A stretch of 63,313 nt of DNA, counting the filler, from Intoshia linei (lineage: Eukaryota; Animalia; Orthonectida), in the NCBI GenBank assembly GCA_001642005.1. It is 6 parts of 6 records of this genome, joined end to end, with 100 filler letters (N's around TTAATTAATTAA, not from the genome) between each part and the next. Parts side by side here need not be neighbours in the genome. Positions count along the whole stretch, not along the records: positions 41,893 to 59,043 come from LWCA01000812.1; positions 59,144 to 63,313 come from LWCA01001976.1; 4 more parts are not named here. The stretch is one strand, 5' to 3'. This document shows, in pieces, positions 52,201 through 63,313 of this stretch (the first letter of the stretch is position 1; each line of letters begins with the position of its first letter). The translations under genes and the position numbers were made by a program. Below the pieces are notes generated by a model, which was given only the letters and a program-made list of their open reading frames with translations, searched no databases and was not told the origin of the DNA.

Positions 52201-55200
52201 ATTCGACAAATTTTTTTGTAAGCTTTCATTTATTTCCACGTCGTGGTATGTCTAAAAGTAGCTTTATATTCAAGTTTTCAAATAATACATAAGTAATATA
52301 TAATTATTTTAACTTATATATAAAACTCTTTATTTGTCTGTTTGTCTGTCTGGTTATGTGTCTGTCCGTTATATTTATTTCAATAACTAAAAGTCTCAGA
52401 ATTTTAAAAAGTCCCGATTTCTATTACAATTTTTTCCGTTGGTGAAATTAAGATAAGTTTTAATCTCAGAAACTTACATCTTACCGGTTAAAACTTTAAT
52501 TATCCTTCTTCTTAAAAATCAAACGAGTCCCATGGTTCAAAAAAATATAGAATCTGATACACATTTTAAAACCATAACCATACCCAATTTTAATGATGTT
52601 TCCATTTTTTTAAATTTTGATTTTGTTTGTTACATCTTATTTAAAAAACACCAATATCTAATGCAATTTTTCGAGGTTTAGATTTTATCACAAGTTAAGT
52701 AAATAAAAATCATTATGTTATTCAAAATTATGGAACATAAAAGTGGGGTTTTTTAAATAATATTTTGCTATCGTCTAGGATTTGGGATAAATTCACAACA
52801 TCTGTCAACTTTGTAATAAATATTAAAAATTCTCCTATAGAATAAACAAAAATAGATAAAATTTTTTTATATTTTATTTGAATCTTATGGATCCCAGGCA
52901 TATAGTTTTGGACTCTCAACGGGTACTAGGACCCAATTGTGAACCCATAACCTAAACCAGTGGCCACCAAACTTTTTGACATGAGCCGGAATAACTAAAA
53001 AAAATCGGCGGGCCAGATGGAAAATATACATGACGAATTTTTAAATTACAAATTAAAATTTAAGTTAAATGTCGAATGATTTTAAAGTCATACATATACA
53101 TTTACATATATAAGACATAGTCAAATATACATTATATTTAAATAAATATAAATTATTATTTTAAATTATATGTAATAACATTTAATAAAAAACACCATTT
53201 AAGACCTTCAAGAAAAAATACAATTTTACCGATATTTTTTTGAAAAATTCGATTTTACCAACGCTTAAGGTAAATATCCTTTTTTCCAATATTTTTGAAA
53301 AACAATATTTCACCAAATCTAAAGAGCAAAAACCTTTAATTCTTTCATAAATGTTATATATTTCATGTTTCCTTTGAGGTTTCAAAAAAAATATTTTGCA
53401 ATGGTATTCCGTACACTATTTGAATCGGGAATCACTTGTTTATCATACGAAATTTATACTAACATTTTGAACATATTTAATAATAATTATAATTGAATTT
53501 ATATAAAACTAATATGATTCATTTACCATAAACACAATTTGCTTCAAAGTTACTTCAAAATACGTTTTTTCTATTAATTCAGTATTATTTACATACTCGT
53601 CAATATATTCGATAGTCTAAAAAAATACAAGATCAAAATTTTATGAACATTTCAATCCATTACCGTTTGATTGTCATTTTTAATATTAAAATGATAATTA
53701 ATTAAATATAGATATGCCTTGTCTTTCGTTATATAATCATTTTTTAATCTACAAATGTATTATTATTATTATTATTACTATTATTAATGTACGTAATAAT
53801 AGGTGATACATTACATTAAAATGTTTTCGTTGCGGAACCAAAAAATTATAATTGCCAACGAATTAATATTTTATTTTTATTAATTAAAAATAATAATTTT
53901 TATAAAATAATATGAACTTTAAACATCAATAAAATAAAAAGTAAACGGACCAGAATTGAATTTAAAGATTTAGGTGATCAAAAATAAATAACAAAACATA
54001 GCGATCCACATGATACCACTCAAGTCATAGCTGCAATACTTCATTAAGTCATTCCTGTAAATAATGTTATATTCTAATTTTCTTAAAAAAATTTTTGTTT
54101 GGTATCTTTAAAATGACAAGCGACTTCACAAATTTTTATCTAATTTAATTTTTTTTGTATTGTTATTTTTAATTAATTAGTCAATTTTTTCGAGATTTTT
54201 AATTTATAATTTAAATCCGTATCAGAGTGTATATTTTTTTAAATTCTCGAACTCTTGATATTCAAAAAAACGACAATTGGGCTTTTTTATCTGTAAGCTG
54301 TGAGTTTGGGAGGTTGAAATTTATCTTACTTTCACCCGGAAAAAACTGTAATAGAAATTTGGCCTTTATAAAATTTTAAGACTGGTAGTTATTGAAATAA
54401 ACGATAACACAGAGACAAACAGCATATTATAATAAGTAAGGATTATCAAAATAATATAAAATCAAGCTTTAATAAATAATTTTTTAAGTTAATCCTATGT
54501 TTCCCTGAAATTAACGATATTATTATTATCATTATACATTATTACTTCAATAATTATCTGAAATGCATTATATTAGTTTTAAATAAATTTACACTAGACA
54601 ACATTCTACAGCTTCATCAATAAGCAACATTTGATAATACAATTCCATTTTCAAATTTCCCTTTGGTCTAAATTTCAAAAATTGATCCATTTCGTGAAGT
54701 ACTGATTGGCAGTCGTTATATTTTTCATTATAAAACAAATATTCATACTTTAGCCACAATGATTCAACATTAACATGAATTCTAAATTAAATTAAATGTT
54801 TCAGTCTTCATTTAGTTATAAATAAATATATTATACATGTATTATATGAAATAGTTAAATTAATTTCATGTTTTAATTACTAATATTTATTAGTTCTGGC
54901 AACCGATAAAATATTTTTATCGATGGCCACCCTGTGTATATTACTTTAGAGCCTTTTGATAGTATTCTGTACATTTTTTCTTAGCATCTAAATCATTATT
55001 TTCAAAACAAATCCATCCCAACAAATTAATTGCCTAAAAAATATACATAAATTTTCAAAACAATAAATATTGTTACATATTAATGATAATCGCACTTTTT
55101 ATATATTATATTTATTTTTACAAATCATTGGTGAACCCTCAAAATTTAAATCATTTATTCTTGTTTTAACAGTTTAAAAAATTAGTTTCATCAATACTTT

Positions 55201-57696
55201 TTTTAATATTGAAAATTGTGTCACAGAGAATTATACCAAATAATAAAAAATTAAGTTAAACCAATGACCAAATATAATAATAATTATCGGGTAAAATGTA
55301 AAATTCGAAAAATGGGCACATTAAAATATAATATAAATATTGAATTATAATATATAATTTTAATAATACATTATATATTACATTGACATTCTTTCCGTTT
55401 TGTTTAACGGACCTTTCTACATATTCTTTGGCTTGGGTGATTTTATTGTTTAAATACATAAATAATCCAGCATAATAAAGATTCTAAGTATTTGATGATT
55501 ATTTGAAATGATTAATATCTAATCCAAATAATATATCTTCAGAGCCAAAACTACAAATTACTATTTTTTTTAAATGAAAACAGCCCTAGAATTTAAACAT
55601 TTTGACTTCAGGCGCACCTTTGAAAAAAAATTGGGCTCACCTTATTTTTTGATAATAAAAAAACATTTATATTCGAAAACGTGCAAAGATTAAAAACGAT
55701 AAAAATATAAAATTATAATAATAAAATACAAAACTTTTTATTTGGTGACTTAAATGTAGTAAATAACATTTGATGTATGATGGAATGTTGATATTTTTGG
55801 TTTGACCATAGTACTTATGTATATATTATAGTATATATATATATATATATATATTATAGTACATAGTACATAATGTATTTAATATATAACTTATATTAAA
55901 TAGTAAATCCTAAAAGTTTTACACTAAGTTTTAAAAATTTATAAAATAAAGTCAATTTCTTTGAGGTGCAACTGAAATCTAATCATGTCGCACCGGTTAA
56001 GAATCATTGCTCTAATCATTAGATCAATATATACTAAAATAATAATATAACTTTTTTGTTATTGTTAATGTAGAGTTTTCCAATTAGGACCATGTAATCT
56101 GAAACGATAGCTGAAAAATTATATGGAATAGAAATATAAATTAGTCACACTTTTTAATGGTCAATATATCAGTAAATTGGTGAAATACTATTCGAGGTCT
56201 ACGGATCGGAGCCACAAAACAATTGATCGTGTTTATTCACCCATATGAAAAAAATAAAATTAATTATCGGTATTTTTCCAGCAGGGAAATGTCGGTCGTG
56301 TAGAGTTAAATTATATAGTGCTTTATTTTTACTAAAAACCATTCATCTACAAAATATATGTATAACAGCAGTCGGCAACCTTTTGTGCCTCGTAGGCCAC
56401 TTTTTTATATCAAATAATTCCAAGGGCCCCGTTTTTGAAACTTTTTCACATGATACATTTCAATTTTAATTAAAGAGGAACGGTTCTAGTATATTCAACA
56501 AAATAAAATCCAGGGCGATTTGAAAATTCTGTATGTGAAGATATAAACCAATTTTAGTAGAAAATATTAAAACGGTGTTTAAAAGTTAAAAACTTTAAAA
56601 ATAAATAATTTTAGGCAAAAGTCACCAGAATTATTATGTAGACCACTGGTTGGCTACCCCTGAATCTATAAAATTATTATTAAAACGAGTAAATAATTTT
56701 TTCATTTTTTAAGCCGTAATAATAATAAGCATAACTCTAAATGTAATTCATGGGTTTTTAACTTGGATTGTTTATTAATGTAACATTTCTAAATATTAAA
56801 TACTTTTAATAGTATGTAAATAATGTCAAAATCTCATTTAACGAAAAGCACATTAAGGCTAAAAATGCTTATTTGTTAAATAAGCCGATGGTGAATCATA
56901 ATGTAAATAATAATGTATTATATACGTTTGAATTTGCTTTTTTTCGAAGTAATTTAACCTCTTTATCTATATTTTCAATTTCTTCTTTATATCGAGATTG
57001 TCCTGTTACTTGATATCCATATAGAATTATCATCAGACACATTAATTCATAATCTGTTTTAACCGATTCTTTTTTTAATTTAATACAATTTTGTAAATTT
57101 AATTCTGTTCTATCTAATGTTATTATTAGATGTTATTTAAAGCAGAGCTTAGTGTTTGAACCAAGTACATAACAAGTCAAGCTGGTCATTAGAAAGGATT
57201 CTTTACTTATATAATATGCTTTGTTTGCCCCAAAAACGGTCCGAAAATTTAAAATTAAAATGTTAACAAAAAAAATTAAGATAGAATAATTTGGTTTAAA
57301 GTAAAAAGTAATGTGATATGACGGTTCCATCTGAAAAAAGTTTGGGAACCACTCCTTTAAAGGATTGATAATAGTGAATAGTAGAATTTTTAAGTTATAT
57401 TTTCAACGTGAATTTTTTTTGGTATAATATAATTTGGTTTGTACGTAGTACATAACAGTCAACCTAGTTAGTATTATATTTTGTATTTCCATTCGAAAGT
57501 AATGTATACATTAATTACCTGTAACTATTTCACAGAAATGAAAAATTAATTCCATGAATAATTTTGATTCTTTTTCTAAGGTTTCTTGGCAGTATTTGAT
57601 ACATGTCTTGTATAGTTTTTTTTTAATAAAATATGTTACATTGTTCTAATATAAAATTTATATAATTATTTTTATTACTATTTTAAAACTAGACAT
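46262..57696 (-). CDS. TTC21B: IFT-A subunit IFT139 / TPR protein TTC21B, multi-exon
   Basis: Start MSSFKI/NNVTYFIKKKLY; NLYYAGLFMYL; large TPR exon with IKIGLSHNFDLSETPMYF and GYIMLGDAYLKI; C-terminus AIDVSNK/VLSIDPNYPKIKHEILKVA. Confidence 0.9.
48361..49281 (-). mobile_element. Composite pogo-like MITE with embedded hAT MITE, in a TTC21B intron
   Basis: TA|CAGGGCAATTCCT ... AGGAATTAGCCTG|TA; hAT end at 49227 flanked by CATTAAAA on the minus strand. Confidence 0.8.
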
Positions 57697-57828
57697 TTTA
57701 TTTATTCACCTAAACTCATCTCTATCGACCGCTAAATTTTATATTTATATTTTATACAAAAATTTAAATGTCCTTTTGAATATTAGTGAAAAATGTAACG
57801 TAACCTTTAAGTAAACCCCTTAAAAATG

Positions 57829-57919
57829 TTAATTGGCCCACGGTGTTTTTCTAGTAATCCACATAAAACTTAAACATTTTTCCTTATAAAATTCAAAATC
57901 TTTCAAAGCCGCGTCAATT
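57829..57919 (-). CDS. Possible terminal exon of an unidentified upstream gene
   Basis: AT-rich acceptor TTAG followed by IDAALKDFEFYKEKCLSFMWITRKTPWAN*. Upstream exons not resolved. Confidence 0.35.
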
Positions 57920-59809
57920 CTAATATATATTAATATTAATTTTGAAATTTGTTGAAATATTAAAAAAAAATTTGTTGTATCCTGAAAAATTAAAATGGAT
58001 TTACTGTTCATAATTATAAAAATGATATACAATGTACAATGTACATTAGGGTGTCACATCAAATTTTTTTTTTAAGAAATTCAAAAACATATCCAGTAGA
58101 TTAAATGTAATTTGAAAAAAAACAATCCAATGACTAATTCTGAAAAATACTCATTAATGACTCAGCGTTGATAAATTAAGTATTTAACAAAAAACAGCTA
58201 AATTTAAGTTTATTTTCATGTTTTTCTTAATTTTTTTATACAAAAACTTAAATTCATCCTTCGTTTGTGTTGAAAATTGAAATTGAAAAAATTTTTAAAT
58301 TATAGCTATATTTATCATTTTGTTTTGGTGTTTGTGGTAGGTTAAATGTAGACATTTGTTTATCATTTCAAAAATTTTAGTCTACTTTTATAAGAGATTT
58401 AAGATTGTCATAATCTTACCAAAATTTTATATATCCTCAATGCAATATACCAACAAAATAAAAGATTTTATAAATTTTAACCCAAAATATATTATAAACG
58501 GGAATGTAATTAATCCAAGCATTTATATAAAAAAGTATTAGAAATCATCACTGTATTTTGAATTTCTTCTTATTTTGTGTACAAATTTAATGGTCGTTTA
58601 TATTTTTGTAAGGCTTTTTCGGCTGAATCGGTTAAAATTTTATACTTTATTGGTTAATTCTTTATTTTTGTAATATAGTGATAAAATCTATTCCCATAAT
58701 ATTTAGTTTATCAGAAGTGCCAAATGTATTTTTGAAAACATTTCCTATGATAATGCCACATAATGGTGCAACGGTAAATAAAATCGAAAATGGTATATTG
58801 TCAAAACTAAACTTACATACAAATTTATAATTTATCTTGTATCATCTATTAATATGATGAAATTTACTATGGAATAGGCTTAAATACGACAATTTGTGCG
58901 GATTAATAAATAATATTAATACGCATCAACGTTTTAATCTAAAATACACATAATTTTACTTAAAAATATAAACGAGAATTAAATTTGTCTACAATATAAT
59001 ACGAAATTAAAAATATAGTCACGGTTTTAAATAAATTTTAACANNNNNNNNNNNNNNNNNNNNNNNNNNNNNNNNNNNNNNNNNNNNTTAATTAATTAAN
59101 NNNNNNNNNNNNNNNNNNNNNNNNNNNNNNNNNNNNNNNNNNNTTGTTTCAATTTGATACGTGTTTTTATAAATGTAATGTTGTGTGACCATATGGTGAC
59201 ACTGGGAGTATATGGATTAATGTACTAACATTAATTAATGTAAAAATTATATTTCACTAGGTTAAATGGTAATTATTATACCGTTTGATTTAACAAAAGA
59301 TGAAAAAATTTCGGACATTTCTTGTAAACTTTAAAATGATAAAATCATTTCAATATTCGACATTTTTAAAAGTTTTATAAATTTAAAACTGGTATTTAAA
59401 TTTATTAACACAACGGATTATTAAAATTTTCAAAAATCTAACTGAGAAATCATAAAATGAAAATTTTAGACTTCAAGACGCGGGAGTATTTCTGGATAAA
59501 AATTAAAAATATTAATATAATTCTTTAGCAAATTAAGTGGCTCTCATTTTCTATACATGTCATTTTTATATTAGAAGAATATAATAACCCCATTATACAT
59601 ATTTATGTTATTTAAATTTTAACATTCAGAATTAAATTCCTACTATTTATGTAATTATTAATTGATTAATTTTAAATTTTGATAAACGGTATTCCTTCTG
59701 CAACAATATAACGGTCCATCAGAATGACGATATTTGTGTGCATAAATACGTACACTTTACTTGTATATGTATCATTCCATTGATAATGGAAATTAATTAA
59801 GAGAAAAAT

Positions 59810-60667
59810 TTAATTTTTACAAAGTTTTTGTATATAAAATTCAATTTCTTTACAAAACAGGCCAATTTTGTTTTGTATGATGACAGTATTATCAAAATTT
59901 TCATTTTTTCTGATATTGACATTATAATTAAGTTGATTTTTAGAATATTGTAAAATTTTGTCAATACAATTTAAATTTCTAAGCTGATTGAATGATTTGA
60001 CGGTTGCTTTTCTATGTACTTTAACAGTCTTGGATTTAGGAAAGTTTTGATTAAAATGCGTGGCTGTGTGAGGTCTAGCATAAATTATACTTTTAACAGA
60101 TTGAGAAGTCGAATTTTTGTAAAAACGATTAAAATTACCACCGTCAGCAGTATTAAACGGTGTAGTGTTTTTAAATATTGGATGAATAACAAAATTTTGT
60201 CTCGATTTGGCTGCAGAATGATTTTTTCTATTCAATTTGTTATTTGAATTGCAGTTTGTAGTTTCCTCAATGTCGTTAACATCAACTCGAAATGAATATA
60301 GTGATTTGTTTGGTCTAAGGTTATTCATATTAGGTTTATTAGTAATACTAAATTTTGGAAAATGAGTATTTTTCGATATTGTATCAAATTTTGTTATGTT
60401 GGATTGTTGATTCATTCCTTCATTGAAATTTGTTTGATAACTTTTTTTTCTATTGGGTGTATTAGGCTTTTTGATTAAATGTGAGTTTATGATTAATTGT
60501 AATTGTTGATTATATATCAAAATTTCTTCAACTCGTTTAATTTCTATATTTCTTTCGTTAAGTGATTTGTTTTTGTATGTTTCCATCTTTTTTAATTTTT
60601 TACCAATCTCGGTTTGCAAAATTTTATTTTCTATATTAGCAAATCGTATATTTCTAGAATTGTTCAT
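59810..60667 (-). CDS. Orphan basic Asn/Lys-rich protein with N-terminal coiled-coil-like segment
   Basis: A 285-aa ATG ORF is unlikely by chance at this AT content. No family recognised; it may splice to further exons. Confidence 0.6.
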   Translation of the reverse strand: MNNSRNIRFANIENKILQTEIGKKLKKMETYKNKSLNERNIEIKRVEEILIYNQQLQLIINSHLIKKPNTPNRKKSYQTNFNEGMNQQSNITKFDTISKNTHFPKFSITNKPNMNNLRPNKSLYSFRVDVNDIEETTNCNSNNKLNRKNHSAAKSRQNFVIHPIFKNTTPFNTADGGNFNRFYKNSTSQSVKSIIYARPHTATHFNQNFPKSKTVKVHRKATVKSFNQLRNLNCIDKILQYSKNQLNYNVNIRKNENFDNTVIIQNKIGLFCKEIEFYIQKLCKN

Positions 60668-61906
60668 TATCTATTAAATGATTTGATTTTACGTGTGTAG
60701 TGTTAAATAACATTTAAACAAATTTAATTAATATTATTAGGTATTGAAATCCTTTTAATTTAGATTAAGCTTAAATTACACTCGATAAAAATTTTTATTG
60801 TTATCTTTGTGTTAGTACAATACTGAATATTAAATATAGGACTCATGAATCAACAAAACTCAATACTGTGATAGAAACATTTTTTAGATTAAATAACAAT
60901 ACCTTACAAAACTACAATTGGTACACGTTTTATTTCCAATTTGTTTGGTGTTATATATATATTTTGGTTTTTAAAAAAATTCGATAATATATAATAATAC
61001 AGTACATATACTACGCTTTATAATGATACAAATATGTATTCATTGAATTGATTCATATGTTGATTTCAATTCAATCTTTTTATTAATAAAAAATAATCAA
61101 ATTTTAACTCAATTCACATTTACGCTAATGTAGTCTATTCTGTTAATTAACATTCAATTTTCGGGACATTAATATTCACTATAATAAAACATATAATATT
61201 TAATCGTAATTTTTATTATAATCCACTTTATTCCAAGCCATTTTTAAGTACATAATATTACTAAAATTAATTTTTTAATTTCAATAAAGATACAATGGCT
61301 GTTGACTCCAACCATCAATAGTAAAAATGAAATATTTTCCTTTATAATTCGATTTAATACAATATATTTATTTAATAAGGATTTTAGCCTAAAATTTGGG
61401 GGGTTTTTTATGCGAATTTTAAAGAGGGTTACAGTTATTTAATTTTGTTTGTTTAATCTTATTTACGAAAGAAAGATGTTTAGATTTTTAAAAACACAAA
61501 TTTTTCGGTTAAGACAGTTTTTCAAATATTAAATTTCAGAAATTTAGTCTTTCAGAATAAAAATTTCAAATACCCAACCTATTTTTTAAAAATAAAATAT
61601 TTTAAAATCATGAAAGTAACATAGTTACACTACTAAACTTCAATTTCCATACACAAAATATATTATCAACTAAATATTAATTACAAAATTTCATTAAATA
61701 CTTAATATATTTGGCGTTATATTACTAAATATATGAAAAAATATCGTCATTACCTACTAGGAAAACATTTTATGGTCATAACAAACCACCAACCTTTGAT
61801 CAATATATTCAAATCAAATAACTTAACCGACAAACAATTCAGGTAGATAGAACAAACTCAAGAATTCAACTTTACCATATCATACATACCGGGCGAAACT
61901 AATGTA

Positions 61907-63138
61907 ATGAACGATATCCTCTCTAGAGATGTAGAAAATATAGACAAAATTAATGCAATGAAAGTTCATAATTATGATAACTTTGATATCAGCAAACAAC
62001 AAAAATCTAATGTTTCATGTCAGCAATTATATCACTCATTAAAACACTGCATAAACGAACAACGCAAAAATAGCATGTTGAACTTGAAGTACATCATATC
62101 AATGATTTAGGAAAAAGAGATGTGGATAAATCAGTTGTAGATATTATAAAATATTTAAATGACAAATTTAATTATTTGTATTCACCTGGAGAACATTTGT
62201 CTATAGATGAAGGCATGGTCAAATATAAAGGAAGATACTCTTTTAAAGTATACATGCCTTTCAAACCCACCAAAATAGGAATGAAGTTGTATATATGCTG
62301 TGATTCCTCTAACGGTTATGTATTATCCTAATCTTTGCATGTAAACAATAACAAAATCAATAATATTGTAAATCATTTTATAAAAAACTACACATAAAAA
62401 AACCACAAATTATATTTAGATAATTATTATTCTAGTTTCGATCTTTTTAATCAATTACGTTCCGTACTAATATATTGTAGTGGCACAATAAGAATGAATA
62501 GAGTAGCACCAGAAAATATGAGATTGTTGTGCAACAAAAAAATGATACCAACTGTTTAACCTGGCACGATAAAAAAGTAATTTAGTCTAATGAACAATTT
62601 CATAAATTTAAGTCCATCGATTATTAGAAATAACAAGTCAATCACGTCCAAACCTAATGTTGTTAAAAATTATGATACCTACATGGGTGGTGTGGATCGA
62701 TATGATCAAATGGTCAAAACTTATTTTAGTGAAAGAAAAACGGTTAAATGGACTAAAAAATTGACTATATATTTTATCAACCTTATGGTGCATAATTTTT
62801 ATGTTTTATACCATAGCTTTTACATTGGGAATGACAAGGCTAAAACATCGCTTGAATTCAGAAAACGTCTTATAAACATTTTTTTGGTCAACGAAGCAAA
62901 GAACGAATCTATTAAGGAAGTGGAATTAGAATCTATTGATCATATGCTTACAATAATTCCTGATAAAAAATCACGATTATGTTCCTATTGTGTACAAACA
63001 GGTGTAAAATCTCGAACGAGATATCAATGCAATGCTTGTTTAAATAGGAAGGGTTCATATATGGCACTTCATCCTCACTGTTTCAAGGATCATCATTCAA
63101 ATCGATTCAATATGAGCGATTTAGATTCTGTATCATAA
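61907..63138 (+). mobile_element. piggyBac (PGBD4-like) transposase pseudogene
   Basis: LSIDEGMVKYKGR..YMPFKPTKIGMK, LYLDNYYSS, YMGGVDRYDQM, Cys-rich tail; interrupted by stops (e.g. 62329) and a frameshift. Confidence 0.93.
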
Positions 63139-63313
63139 ATGTAAATATAATTTTAAATTAAATTTTTAATTACTTTTTTGTTTTTATATACTTAATTTTA
63201 TAGTCATTTCAAATTTACATTCAGCTTCTTTTATAAAAAAAAGGCGGACTTTGCCCATCTTTTAAAAGATTGGCAAGCTGTATAAAAAAATTGACTAGCA
63301 GCTCTAAAAATAT

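Noticed and set aside
58340-58810. Hydrophobic coding-like stretches on the minus strand
   Set aside because: Many stops; no consistent exon chain or recognisable family.
61907-63138. Domesticated or active piggyBac gene
   Set aside because: Multiple stops and a frameshift within the catalytic domain.

Overview
Very AT-rich animal genomic DNA (not prokaryotic), with mostly 30-45 nt GT-AG introns and tightly packed genes. The style resembles compact parasite genomes such as the orthonectid Intoshia, but that is a guess. The window is six contigs joined by five 100-nt artificial spacers (N44-TTAATTAATTAA-N44), so adjacency across them is not established. Manual splicing recovers: a secreted MAM-like/His-rich protein, the 3' part of a DEG/ENaC channel, the 3' part of EFL1, SYF2, an orphan multipass membrane protein, a C2H2 zinc-finger protein, YJU2, transketolase, WDR93, GABARAP/ATG8 (missed by the ORF track), a frameshifted RPB8 copy, a large membrane-protein terminal exon, the STRAD pseudokinase, TTC21B/IFT139 and an orphan N/K-rich ORF. 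Introns and intergenic DNA are full of DNA-transposon debris. The dominant family is a non-autonomous Helitron-like element (A|TC...CTAG|T, 3' hairpin, ~130-bp internal subrepeats). There are also hAT, pogo-like, Tc3-like, MULE/foldback and piggyBac elements, several of them nested. I found no demonstrable new multi-gene system. The best leads are the MAM-His protein, a GC-rich snRNA-like island, two orphan membrane proteins, the RPB8/piggyBac chimera and a composite MITE.
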